A stretch of DNA of 63,871 bases, filler included, from Octopus bimaculoides (GCF_001194135.2; 8 parts of 8 records of this genome joined end to end with filler, not necessarily neighbours in it), one strand, 5' to 3'; positions 27,390 to 39,530 are shown, counted from the first letter of the whole stretch. Notes: a model not told the origin generated them from the letters alone. Numbers and translations are program-made.

Positions 27390-27624
27390 CTTCTCAGCAT
27401 CAGATTCTTCTTCCTCCCCATCTTCCTCATCACTGTTGCACACTGAATGTTCAGATTCACTCTTGTCGTCTTCTTCTTCCTCCTCCTCCTCCTCGTTGTC
27501 TTCTTCTTCTTCCTCCTCTTCTTTCAGCTGCTGTTGTCCCTTGTGGTCAGACCCCAACCTGACGTCACTCAGCGCACCGTCAGTGGTCCCACCTCTGTCA
27601 GGTTTCTGCTTGGTTTTTGCTTTT
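27390..27624 (-). CDS. DHX37: DHX37 acidic-tract exon
   Basis: TCTCTTTACAG| acceptor and AAG|GTAAGC donor, 235 nt, phase 2/0. Encodes KAKTKQKPDRGG...EEEEEEEDNEEEEEEEEDDKSES...EEEESDAEK. Phases fit both neighbouring exons, and DHX37 orthologues have an acidic tract here. Confidence 0.78.
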
Positions 27625-27859
27625 CTGTAAAGAGACACAGATGTTAACATAAACGGAAAGAAACTTCTAACCCGTCCAAATTCCCTGTTGTTCGGTCCCC
27701 TTCTCACTTCTAATTCAAAACAAAATGAATAAATAAGCATTATATGTCGGTGGCACGTTAAAAACCACCCAGCACACTCTGTTAGGTGGTTGTCATTAGG
27801 AAGGGCATCCAGCTGTAGAAACCACACCATAACAGACAATTAAAGTCTGGACAGCTCCC

Positions 27860-28960
27860 GGATCTATTTTAAAATGGGGGCCACATTTTTCATTAATGTT
27901 TTACGTAGTGTTTTTGGTACCGAAAGACTTTCAAACTTCGTATACTTATCTATTTTGTGTTATAGAACAGAAAAATATTTTTGTATTCGAATTTATTTCA
28001 TGTAAAAAATTGTCTTATTTCGATAATTTCAACCAATCACTGACAAGTATACAGTTGTTTACATTTACTCCTTTGGCTGATTAAGCGATGTAAAGCGTAT
28101 TTAATCTCCATACCTTCGTTTTATTTGCTGTTTTCATTTTAAATTTGCTTTAACCCTAACCCTACGGTTAGGGTTAATTGTTTCAGAATCGTTTGTTTAT
28201 GNNNNNNNNNNNNNNNNNNNNNNNNNNNNNNNNNNNNNNNNNNNNNNNNNNNNNNNNNNNNNNNNNNNNNNNNNNNNNNNNNNNNNNNNNNNNNNNNNNN
28301 NNNNNNNNNNNNNNNNNNNNNNNNNNNNNNNNNNNNNNNNNNNNNNNNNNNNNNNNNNNNNNNNNNNNNNNNNNNNNNNNNNNNNNNNNNNNNNNNNNNN
28401 NNNNNNNNNNNNNNNNNNNNNNNNNNNNNNNNNNNNNNNNNNNNNNNNNNNNNNNNNNNNNNNNNNNNNNNNNNNNNNNNNNNNNNNNNNNNNNNNNNNN
28501 NNNNNNNNNNNNNNNNNNNNNNNNNNNNNNNNNNNNNNNNNNNNNNNNNNNNNNNNNNNNNNNNNNNNNNNNNNNNNNNNNNNNNNNNNNNNNNNNNNNN
28601 NNNNNNNNNNNNNNNNNNNNNNNNNNNNNNNNNNNNNNNNNNNNNNNNNNNNNNNNNNNNNNNNNNNNNNNNNNNNNNNNNNNNNNNNNNNNNNNNNNNN
28701 NNNNNNNNNNNNNNNNNNNNNNNNNNNNNNNNNNNNNNNNNTTATGTAGTCGGCACTTAATGTATATCGGCTGAATGGACGTCAGTGATTGGTTGAAATT
28801 ACAGAAATACGACAACTTTAACATGGAATAACTTATGGATTTCTTTTTTTTTTAAGAAGACTAAGAGAAAAAGATGTTTTATATGACACATTCTACCAGT
28901 GTTCCAAGTTACAAAGTGTTTCGTTAATGAAAAATGTGGCCCCCGTTTTAAAAAAGATCC
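27860..28960. mobile_element. Non-autonomous DNA transposon with about 38-bp TIRs and 8-bp TSD (Merlin-like)
   Basis: Left TIR GGATCTATTTTAAAATGGGGGCCACATTTTTCATTAAT; right TIR reverse complement GGATCTTTTTTAAAACGGGGGCCACATTTTTCATTAAC. TSD CAGCTCCC at 27852-59 and 28961-68. Subterminal inverted motif TTTCAACCAATCACTGAC. The centre is a gap. Confidence 0.85.
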
Positions 28961-29107
28961 CAGCTCCCTGCTAGCTAGCTCTATGTCAAACCATCCAACC
29001 CATGCCAGCATGGAAAGAGGACATTAAACGATGATGGTGAAGATGATAATACATTTGACGAAGAAATCTTTATACTAATAGGTTAATAAACCAAATAAGA
29101 TACTCAC

Positions 29108-29187
29108 TTCTTTTTGCAGTGTTTCAAAATATCAAACTCCGAAGAACTGGCCTGTACGTTTGCCAGTGCTGCTATCAGATCCGATCT
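29108..29187 (-). CDS. DHX37: DHX37 N-terminal exon
   Basis: TTCTCCTTCAG| acceptor and |GTGAGT donor, 80 nt, phase 0/2. Encodes RSDLIAALANVQASSSEFDILKHCKK, similar to the human segment recalled as RAEMLQKLSEVQASEAE. Confidence 0.8.
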
Positions 29188-30473
29188 CTGAAGGAGAAGA
29201 ATTTTAATAATAATAATTATTCGCAATGCGAAGACCTGTTGAGGCAAGTGAAATCGGAATCGAAATCGAACTAAATTCGACGACTGGCACCCATGCCAAC
29301 GTCGTCTCTTTCATTGGACACGAAACTCAGCTTGTGAAGACCTGTTGGGGCAAGCGAAAGCGAAATCGTGATGGCACCTGTGCCCAGCGTCGCCTTCCTG
29401 GCACGTGTAAAGACATTCGAGCGAGATAGTGCCAGTGCCGCTGGACTGGCTCCTGTGCAGGTGGCACGTAAAATACACCATTTTGAGCATGGCCGTTGCC
29501 AATACCGCCTGACTGGCCTTCGTGCTGGTGGCACGTAAAAGCACCCACTNNNNNNNNNNNNNNNNNNNNNNNNNNNNNNNNNNNNNNNNNNNNNNNNNNN
29601 NNNNNNNNNNNNNNNNNNNNNNNNNNNNNNNNNNNNNNNNNNNNNNNNNNNNNNNNNNNNNNNNNNNNNNNNNNNNNNNNNNNNNNNNNNNNNNNNNNNN
29701 NNNNNNNNNNNNNNNNNNNNNNNNNNNNNNNNNNNNNNNNNNNNNNNNNNNNNNNNNNNNNNNNNNNNNNNNNNNNNNNNNNNNNNNNNNNNNNNNNNNN
29801 NNNNNNNNNNNNNNNNNNNNNNNNNNNNNNNNNNNNNNNNNNNNNNNNNNNNNNNNNNNNNNNNNNNNNNNNNNNNNNNNNNNNNNNNNNNNNNNNNNNN
29901 NNNNNNNNNNNNNNNNNNNNNNNNNNNNNNNNNNNNNNNNNNNNNNNNNNNNNNNNNNNNNNNNNNNNNNNNNNNNNNNNNNNNNNNNNNNNNNNNNNNN
30001 NNNNNNNNNNNNNNNNNNNNNNNNNNNNNNNNNNNNNNNNNNNNNNNNNNNNNNNNNNNNNNNNNNNNNNNNNNNNNNNNNNNNNNNNNNNNNNNNNNNN
30101 NNNNNNNNNNNNNNNNNNNNNNNNNNNNNNNNNNNNNNNNNNNNNNNNNNNNNNNNNNNNNNNNNNNNNNNNNNNNNNNNNNNNNNNNNNNNNNNNNNNN
30201 NNNNNNNNNTATAACATGGCTGTTCCATAAATAACTACATTTTAACCCCAGGAAAATGTCCTTTCCAGCTCTCTCTCTCTTCTACTTGTTTCAGTCATTT
30301 GACTGTGGCCATGCTGGAGCACCGCCTTTAGTCGAGCAGATCGACCTCAGGACTTATTCTCTGCAAGCCTAGTACTTATTCTATCGGTCTCTTTTGCTGA
30401 ACAGCTAAGTTACGGCGACGTAAACACACCAGCATCGGTTGTCAAGCGATGTTGTGGGGGGGGGGACACAAAC

Positions 30474-30526
<53 letters not shown>

Positions 30527-32589
30527 CGACTGGCTTCTTTCAGTTTCCGTCTACCAAATCCACTGACATGGCTTTGGTCGGCCCGAGGCTATAGTAGAAG
30601 ACACTCGCCCGAGGTGCCACGCAGTGGGACTGAACCCGGAACCATGTGGTTGGTAAGCAAGCTGACACAGAACCTGTGTCCGATATATTGTGAGTGAGGC
30701 AGCGGATCACTCTCCTCCAACTGGGCAAGATCAATAGACAACGGTTTCTGGGTCTATACCCTTCATCGGTAGTGGACAGCTGCATACTAGAAATGGCAGT
30801 TAACCGTCCCTACTCAAAATATATAAACAGAACAAGCAAAGTAGCTAGTTCTCTCAGTGAGATTATAAGTAGCAACAATATGAGACAATTAACAAGATGG
30901 TGAGCTGGCTGAAACGTTAGCACGCCAAGCAAAATGCTTAGCAGTAGTTTGTCTGTCTTTACGTTCTAAGTTCGAATTCCGCCGAGGTGACATTAAGGAA
31001 TTGATCAATTTGAACTCTGGTTTAAGCACCACATATATCTCCTTTTTGTTTGTTTTTTTTTTCCTTCTACTGGTTTCAATCAAACGACTGCGGCCATGCT
31101 GGAGCACCACCTTTAGTCGAACAAATCGACCCCCAGGACTTTCTTTGTAAGCCTAGTCTAGTAATTATTTTATAGGTATCTTTTGCGCCGAACCGCTAAG
31201 TTACTGGATCGTAAACACACCAACATAGGTTGTCAAGCGATCGGCGTGGGGGTGGGGGGCATACACAGACACACAAATACATTAGGACTCTATCGTAAGA
31301 TCGCCGACTTTTTTTTGTTAATTTTTGGAATTTTCAAAACATTTTTACAAATTTGTGTTCCACACACGGGTANNNNNNNNNNNNNNNNNNNNNNNNNNNN
31401 NNNNNNNNNNNNNNNNNNNNNNNNNNNNNNNNNNNNNNNNNNNNNNNNNNNNNNNNNNNNNNNNNNNNNNNNNNNNNNNNNNNNNNNNNNNNNNNNNNNN
31501 NNNNNNNNNNNNNNNNNNNNNNNNNNNNNNNNNNNNNNNNNNNNNNNNNNNNNNNNNNNNNNNNNNNNNNNNNNNNNNNNNNNNNNNNNNNNNNNNNNNN
31601 NNNNNNNNNNNNNNNNNNNNNNNNNNNNNNNNNNNNNNNNNNNNNNNNNNNNNNNNNNNNNNNNNNNNNNNNNNNNNNNNNNNNNNNNNNNNNNNNNNNN
31701 NNNNNNNNNNNNNNNNNNNNNNNNNNNNNNNNNNNNNNNNNNNNNNNNNNNNNNNNNNNNNNNNNNNNNNNNNNNNNNNNNNNNNNNNNNNNNNNNNNNN
31801 NNNNNNNNNNNNNNNNNNNNNNNNNNNNNNNNNNNNNNNNNNNNNNNNNNNNNNNNNNNNNNNNNNNNNNNCAAATCGACCCCTTTGGAAGCCTAGTACT
31901 TATTCTATCGAACCGCTAACTGACGTAAACACACCAGCATCGGTTGTCAAGCGATGTTGTGGGGGGGGGGACAAACACAGACACGCAAACATACACACAC
32001 ACATACATATATACGACGGGCTTCTTTTCAGTTTCCGTCTACCAAATCCACTCAAGGCTTTGGTCGGCCTGAGGCTATAGTAGAAGATACTTGCCCAAGG
32101 TGGCACACAGTGGGACTGAACCCGGAACCATGTGGTTCGTAAGCAAGCTACTGACCACACAGCCACTCCTACGCCTATATCAACCTTGGTCTTTCTGTTA
32201 CTCCTTCTTTTCCTCTCTTCCCTCTTTTAATAACACTTTCTTTCAATTTCTCCATCCTCCCCACTTTAGCTCGCTATTCCTACCTTCACTTTTTTCACTC
32301 TCTTTCTAACTATATCAACATCTACCTTTCTATTACTCCCTCTCACTACCGCCTATTAGTAATAAGCCCCTCTCCCTCTTTTCATCTCTATTTCTCCATT
32401 CTGTATTTCTATTACTCCCTCTCACATTTTCTCTCTCTCTCTCTCTCTCTCTATTCATTACTAGCTCTCACTACTCCTCTTTCCGTCTTTTACTCCCCTT
32501 CCTCCACCTCTCTCCCTCTAACACAACGTCTCAATCCCCCTCAATTTATTCCTCCCACTCCTCCTCCCACTCTCGGCTTTGACGGCAAC

Positions 32590-32691
32590 ATGGCGTCAAC
32601 AGCCGATTTTGACGACGAAGCCATCGACGACGAACACTTCGAAGATTCAGCTTTGATCTTCCCTCCTGAGGTGCAAGAAGCCATCGACCAG
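32590..32691 (+). CDS. VPS53: VPS53 exon 1 (coding part)
   Basis: GCAAC-ATG-G Kozak context. Encodes MASTADFDDEAIDDEHFEDSALIFPPEVQEAIDQ, followed by CAG|GTAAAA. PEVQ.AI.Q is the VPS53 N-terminus. Confidence 0.93.
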
Positions 32692-34484
32692 GTAAAATAA
32701 TCCAACATCTCACTATACCGGACTGTTCGATCCTTCCCGAAGACGCCAGATTCTTCCTGTTAATGTATCCAATTTACACAACCACCTCACAATATTGTTG
32801 TTTACTGAGTATACCTGTAGTTTAGCTGGGGAAATTGTAAACACACACACACACACACACACACACACGTAAGCAAACACACTTGCACGCATACATACCA
32901 CATGAGTGTAATATATATATGTTCATATAATGATATCTGCCAAATGCATTGGTAAGATAAAACATGTAATCGTTACCAAAATAAAAATTCGTCCACAAAG
33001 GACTATAGTAAGCTCCTTATGAATCGATCTCCTTGTTTATATATCAATATCAATATATATATATATATTGATATATAAACCAGGAGATCGATTCACTTAT
33101 ATATATATATATAAGTGCTAGCTCATGAAACCCTGGGCCCTTGAGACAGTCTGTTGCTTCTGCTAAATATGAATAAAAATATACATATACTCATATTTTG
33201 AGATCTATTATTTTCCTGTTTGCATCACCATTTATCTATCTACATACACATACGCCCTTACGGCGAAGGTAAAAAGAAAAAATACACATTCACCCGGTGT
33301 TTTAGGGTTATGCCGAAAACGGGTGGAGTGTGTATTCTTTATCTCCACCCGCATACACATGCATACACACACACATCTATGTACACAGACATGAATACAC
33401 AAACACATACAGGCACACACATTCACATATACATAAGCACACACACGCACGTACACACATACACAAATATATACATACAATGTCAAGGCTTTGTAAATGC
33501 ATTGTATCCACCCATCCATATCGTATTATCGAATGACAAGTTGTACAGCTTCTGATCTAATCTATTATTAGTTTTTTTTTATAGAACAGGTAGAGCATCA
33601 GATTTAAGTTAAACATACCTTCTGCTAATTATAATTAGCCGATTAATAAATGCATTGTATTAATTAGTTACGTATCTTTTATTTGATGTGTTCAAATCGC
33701 ACTTGATGTTAACTTCGTCTGTCGTCCCCCTGGTTCCATCAAATCAAACATCAGCCATGTAATGGGGTTGGTGTAGTGGACTATGTCCATAAACCCTTAG
33801 ATTTGTACCCTTCTCTCAGTGTTTGTTACAGGTTGATTTTTAACAGAAACGTTAAAGACGTCAGGACAAAATAATATTTAGTTGCGTATTTTTAAAGTTC
33901 TGAGTTCAAATCTCACCAAGGTTGACATTGTTTACATCGTTCTGGGGATCAATAAAATTCGGTACGGATCAAGCCCGGTGATCGATTATTATAACATCAG
34001 AATAAGGCGGTGAACTGACTGGAAAAAAAAAAATGTTAGCTCTCCGGACTAAATGCTCAGCAATATTTCTTCCGGTTTTTCATTCTGGGTTCAAATTCTG
34101 CTGAGGTTCGGCTTTACTCTTTACTCTTTTACTTGTTTCAGTCATTTGACTGTGGCCATGCTGGAGCACCGCCTTTAGACGAGCAAATCGACCCCAGGAC
34201 TTATTCGTTTTGTAAGCCTAGTACTTATTCTATCGGTCTCTTTTGCCGAACCGCTAAGTTACGGGGACGTAAACACACCAGCATCCAGCTATACAAGAAG
34301 CTACCCCCAACAAATTTCATCCAATGCACGCAAGCACGGAACAATGAATATTAGCACAATGGTGATGATACACACACACACATACACAGATACATGCGTA
34401 TCCAATGCACGTGTACGCACACATAGACATCACATATGCATTTCTTATTTTTTTTGAAATTCTGTTGTGTGTTTCCTTTTCCAG

Positions 34485-34615
34485 GTTTTACCTAGTAACG
34501 ATCCTCTCGATCGGCCGGACTTTAACCCTGTCGACTACATCAACACGCTTTTCCCCACGGAACAGTCCCTGGCAAACATTGACGATGTGGTTGGCAAAAT
34601 TAGGCTGAAAATCCG
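34485..34615 (+). CDS. VPS53: VPS53 exon 2
   Basis: TTTCCAG| acceptor and |GTGAGA donor, 131 nt, phase 0/2. Encodes [44 protein letters not shown]. Confidence 0.97.
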
Positions 34616-34647
34616 GTGAGACCCTGTTGCCTTATTTGGAATGTTGC

Positions 34648-34684
<37 letters not shown>

Positions 34685-35631
34685 TTAATTGTCTCTTTTA
34701 CAGTTTGACAGGAGCTGATCAGCCAGGGAGCTGTCCCGATCTCAACTATCTCTTGTCACATGGTTTCTATGGCTGGATGCCTTTTCTAATGCCAGCCCCT
34801 TTACAGAGTGTGCTGGGTACTTTTCTCTCTATGTCGAAAGACCTACAGAAACACACAAGCACACCCATACAAATAACAAAAAAAGATAGCCATATTCTTT
34901 TCTACTCTAGGCACAAGGCCCGAAATTTTAGGGGAGGGGGCCAGTTGATTAGATCAACTCCAGTACACAACTGGTACTTAATTTATCAACCCCAAAATAG
35001 CTATATTTCTCCATAGCCATATTGTTCTGTAGAGTGTAGTGAGTGTTTTTATGTACCACCGGCACGAAGGCCAGTCAGGCGGTACTGGCAACGGCCACGC
35101 TCGAAATGGTGTATTTTATGTGCCACCTGCACAGGGGCCAGTCAGACGGTACTGGCAACGGCCACACTCGAAATGGTGTATTTTATGTGCCACCGGCATG
35201 AGGGCCAATCAGATGGTACTGGCAATGGCCACGCTCGAAATGTTGTATTTTACGTGCCACCTGCACAGGGGCCAGTCCAGCGGCACTGGCAACGATCTCG
35301 CTCAAATGTCTTTTCACGTGTCACTGGCACAAGTGCCAGGAAGGCGACGTTGGTAGCGATTACATTCAAATGGTGCTACAATCACGCTCGGACGGTGCTC
35401 TTAGTGATCTACTGGTACAGGTGCCATCACGATTTCGCTTTCGCTTGCCCCAACAGGTCTTCGCAAGCCGAGTTTAGTGTTCAATGAAGGAGACGTTGGC
35501 ATGGGAACCAGTCTACAAATTTAGTTCAATTTCTTTTTATAATCACTTTTTATGATCATTTTCGTAATATTTTTATTTATTTATTTTTCTCCGTTCCCTC
35601 TCCTAAACATTGCTTTCTCTCGTTTGTGTAG

Positions 35632-35785
35632 GAAACTGGACGAAGAAATCGGTACGGTAGTTCGGGGTCAAACCAATGTTGGAGAAAATGGGCGGCAAGC
35701 TCTTGAAGAGGCTCAGAAAGCAATTCAAGAACTTTTCTCCAAGATCAAAGACATAAAGGATAAAGCAGAGAAATCTGAAGAAATG
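35632..35785 (+). CDS. VPS53: VPS53 exon 3
   Basis: GTAG| acceptor and |GTAAGT donor, 154 nt, phase 2/0. Encodes [51 protein letters not shown]. Confidence 0.97.
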
Positions 35786-36626
35786 GTAAGTGCCAAACCG
35801 TTTGGTGATGAGGGAGTCACGGCAAAGAGAATGAGAAGGGGTGGAGGATGGAAGCGAGAAATGGGTCTTTTTCTTATATATTTAGTTTTTGTATTTTGTT
35901 TCTTGTTTGTTATTTTGTTCCTTTTTCAATGATTTACCAAATGGGGGTAGGTGGCTGTGTGATTAAGAAGCTTGCTTTTTAACCATGTGGTCTTGGGTTC
36001 AGTCCCACTGAGTGGCACCTCGGGTGAGTGTCTTCCATTATAGCCCTGGGGCAACCAATCTATTGTGAGGGGATCTGGTAGATGGAAACTGAAAGGAGCC
36101 CATTGTGCATGTGTGTGTATGTGTCCACGTTTGTGTGTGTGTGTGTGTGTCTTCATGCACTAACCTACCTGGTAAGAAACTCATACGCTTCCATGGACCT
36201 GATTGACTTGGAGGGATCGCTGCCAATCATGGCCTAGATCTCACCAACAGATTCAGGAATTCTTTTCTTATCAGAATGATCAGAGTGAGTTTCCCAAGCT
36301 GCCGTACCTTCGTAAACACCATTAGACTCATCCAAGTCTTTCCGAATCCTCTGCACATGTCCTCAGATTGACACCCAAACACTCTGAAATGTTCGTATTG
36401 AAGCTTCCGGCGTGAATGCCATAAAGTACAGCATGTCGTTTCTAAATTTCTGGCAGAGTGAATTGCATCATGGTGCTGTTTTTCTCACAGACGGGGGCCC
36501 AACTGATCCTACCATACTGTGTAGTCGACAAAATCAAAACCAAACAATGTGCATGTGTGAAATTAAAAATATAAATTGGTGACAATTTACCCATCGCACC
36601 CTGTATATATATTTGTATATTGTTAA

Positions 36627-36779
<153 letters not shown>

Positions 36780-37092
36780 TAAGTCGTAAATATAATCACT
36801 ATATCAGTCTATCATTTTTACATGTCTCCATCATCGTCGTCATTTAATGACTGTCGTCCATGGGTCGGTCGGTGTGACCAAAGCTGGGGAGCTGCACCAG
36901 ACTCCAGTCTGATTTCGCATGGGTTTTCTACAGCTGGATGTCCTTCCTAACATTAACCATTTCACAGTGTGCCGGGTGCTTTTGCGTGGCACCGCACGGC
37001 CGCTTTTGCATGATGTCACACGGGCACTTTTTATGCGGGACTGTCACGAGTGCTTTACACTGTCAGAAGGATCAGTCTTAATACTTTCCCTC

Positions 37093-37510
37093 CTCCTTCA
37101 TTGGACACGAAACTCAGCTTGCGAAGACTTATTGGGGCAAGCGAAAGCGAAATCGGGATGGCACCTGTGCCCAGCGTCGCCTTTCTGGCACTTGTGCCCG
37201 TGACATGTGTAAGGATTTTCGAGCGAGATCGTTGCCAGTGCCCCTCGACTGGCTCTTGTGCGGGTGGCACATAAAATACACCATTTGAGCGTGGCCGTTG
37301 CCAGTACCGCCTGACTGGCCTTCGTGCGGGTGACACGTAAAAGCACCCACTACACTCTCTGAGTGGTTGGCGTTAGGAAGGGCATCCAGCTGTAGAAACT
37401 CTGCCAAATCAGATTGGAGCCTGGTGCAGCCATCTGGTTTCACCAGTCCTCAGTCAAATCGTCCAACCCATGCTAGCATGGAAAGCGGACGTTAAACGAT
37501 GATGATGATT
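37093..37510 (+). mobile_element. Non-autonomous RTE-3'-related retroelement, family C
   Basis: Ends ...ccaacccatgctagcatggaaagcggacgttaaac(gat)n and shares internal sequence with the UTR after the RTE stop at 23220. Other copies at about 23590-23900(+), 27745-27858 plus 28969-29045 (split by the TIR element), 29255-29549(+), 35040-35500(-), 40890-41152(-), 49192-49327(-), 57790-57950(+) and 60990-61280(-). Confidence 0.8.
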
Positions 37511-37584
37511 ATATCCATCATCATCATTATCATTTATCACTCACCCCCCTCCTTCACTCACACTCCACATCTTCCTTTTAACAG

Positions 37585-37704
37585 AACTCTGACTCGCCGC
37601 CGTCAGTACCTCGAAGTGGCAAACCTCCTCCAAGGTGTACTCAACGTCTTGGAGCACTTTGACCGTTACATGGCCATTCCTCAGATCAAGCAGCTCTCCG
37701 ATAA
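37585..37704 (+). CDS. VPS53: VPS53 exon 5
   Basis: AACAG| acceptor and |GTAAGT donor, 120 nt, phase 2/2. Encodes [39 protein letters not shown]. Confidence 0.97.
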
Positions 37705-37983
37705 GTAAGTTACATTTATAATTTGTTTCCCTGCCTTTGTTTTGTCATTGATGTTGTTGTTTAGCCCTGGGTCATCTCTGATCCGTGGAGGCACAATGGC
37801 CCAGTGGTTAGGGCAGCAGACTCGCAGTCATAGGATCGCGATCCTATGACCGCGAGTTTGCTGCCCTAACCACTGGGCCATTGCGCCTTCACCATCATAA
37901 ACGATAGTGCCAGGATATATAATCATCTTTATATACACATGCGTATGTATGTACATATATGTGTGTCTTGATTTTTTTTGCAG

Positions 37984-38062
37984 GGTGAAACAAATACAGG
38001 CTGAACTGGGAACACAGATTACTGCTGACTTTGAGGAATCTTTCCAAGGGCCCGCTGCAAAG
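37984..38062 (+). CDS. VPS53: VPS53 exon 6
   Basis: TTTGCAG| acceptor and AAG|GTAATG donor, 79 nt, phase 2/0. Encodes VKQIQAELGTQITADFEESFQGPAAK. Confidence 0.96.
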
Positions 38063-38600
38063 GTAATGTTTATAGTGTGTGTGTGTGTGTGTGTGTGGAG
38101 TTACATATAACCTTTGAAACCTGAACAGCTGTCTGTGTAAATTCTTGTAATGTTTCCTCATCCATCACTCCTGTGCCAAATAAAGTACCAGTTAAGTACT
38201 GTGGACAGCACAATCAACCATGTCCCTACCCTAACAATAAGACCTTGGATCTTTGTTAATGCAAGCTGGCAGAACTGTTAGCCTGTCCGATAAACTGCTC
38301 AGCAGTATCTCATCTGTTTTTTTTACATTCCGAGTTCAAATTGTGCCCGGGTCGACATTTCGTCCATCTTCGTGTTCTGAGTTCAAATTCCACTAAGGTG
38401 GACTTGACTTTTCATCCTTTCAGGGGGGCTCAATAAAATAAGTACCATTTGAACACTGGAGTCAACGTAATCAGTTTAACCTCTACCTCCGAAATTGCTG
38501 GCCTTGTGCCAATATGTGAAACCAACATTATCATCATCATCATCATCATCATCACCATTATTATTTATTTATTTATTTATTTGTTTACTTATTATTGCAG

Positions 38601-38744
38601 TATGGCCCTAGCAACCTGAAGCAGCTGGCTGAAGCATGTTTGGTGGTCAATGTGCTTGACCCGAAGGTAAAACGTGACATTCTCGGATGGTTTGTCAAGC
38701 TGCAACTCTCTGAGTACACGGTACTCTTTGCAGAGGACCAAGAC
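38601..38744 (+). CDS. VPS53: VPS53 exon 7
   Basis: TTGCAG| acceptor and |GTGAGT donor, 144 nt, phase 0/0. Encodes YGPSNLKQLAEACLVVNVLDPKVKRDILGWFVKLQLSEYTVLFAEDQD. Confidence 0.96.
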
Positions 38745-39162
38745 GTGAGTACAGAGCATGGTCTCTCCATTGTCTTTTGATTTATAAGGGCCAACAGTTT
38801 TGTTTGGAGAGGTAGAGAGGGGTTACAGTTTGGGATAAGATATGTGTCCACCTTTCTTATTTGTTTCGTCATCATCATTGTTTAACCCTTTTAGCATTTA
38901 AACCGGCCATATCTGGCCAAAAGTATTCTGCCTGTTTTATGTTCAAACTGGCCAGATCTGGTCTCTCACACCAACCCTACAATATCGTTTTAAAAACTAA
39001 CAGTTACCTCATCAAAAAATCTCATAGCTACAAGATAATGCATGATTAGTTCAAAGCAATGTGGATAAAAAAAGCATTAATTTTGGCAGAAGAATGCGAA
39101 GTTGAAATCTGTGCTGTCCACTACTGAGCTATTGTGTATCGTTTCTGTCTGTCTGTTCACAG

Positions 39163-39305
39163 GTTGCATGGTTGGATAAAATCGATAGACGTTATGCGTG
39201 GATCAAACGTACCTTGGTCAGTTTTGAAGAGAAATTTGGACACATCTTTCCTGTGGAATGGGAAGTCAGTGAACGAATATGTATTGAGTTTTGTGAAATA
39301 ACTAG
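39163..39305 (+). CDS. VPS53: VPS53 exon 8
   Basis: CACAG| acceptor and AG|GTAAGT donor, 143 nt, phase 0/2. Encodes [47 protein letters not shown]. Confidence 0.97.
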
Positions 39306-39530
39306 GTAAGTGTGTCAATAAGTGTTGTTGTTGTTGTTGTTGCTTTTCTTCTTTCTTTTTTCATCTCTTTTCCCCTGCTTCTTTCTTTCATTCTTTCTTT
39401 CTTCCTTCCTTTCTTCATATTTTCCATCCTTTTCTTCCTCCCTTCTTTCTATTCTTCTCTACTACCTATCTTCCCGATCCCTCGTTTCTTCTTTCCTTCC
39501 TTAACTCTACTTAAACTTTCTCCATTCCAG

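Noticed and set aside
27369-27839. Stand-alone 156-aa acidic ORF
   Set aside because: Only 27390-27624 is bounded by splice sites. The remainder is intron and repeat sequence.
28151-28176. Interstitial telomere
   Set aside because: Only about two units in each orientation, and internal to a TIR element.
30663-30880. Possible DHX37 first exon or snoRNA (frame TQKPLSIDLAQLEESDPLPHSQYIGH, GACACAG/CTGTGTC hairpin)
   Set aside because: No start codon, Lys-rich segment or good donor, and no clear C/D or H/ACA boxes. It is more likely a repeat fragment.
3460-31919. Long ORFs in the track composed of X runs or YI/HT/VC/CV repeats
   Set aside because: They are translations of N gaps and dinucleotide microsatellites, not genes.
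32175-32260. Minus-strand MEKLKESVIKRGKR... as the DHX37 start
   Set aside because: It comes from a purine-rich low-complexity tract, has only a weak donor and stops quickly. The resemblance is probably chance.
35041-35315. CRISPR-like array (also considered for 41395-41785 and 57501-57800)
   Set aside because: These are contiguous tandem units with no unique spacers, in eukaryotic intronic or retroelement context with no cas genes.
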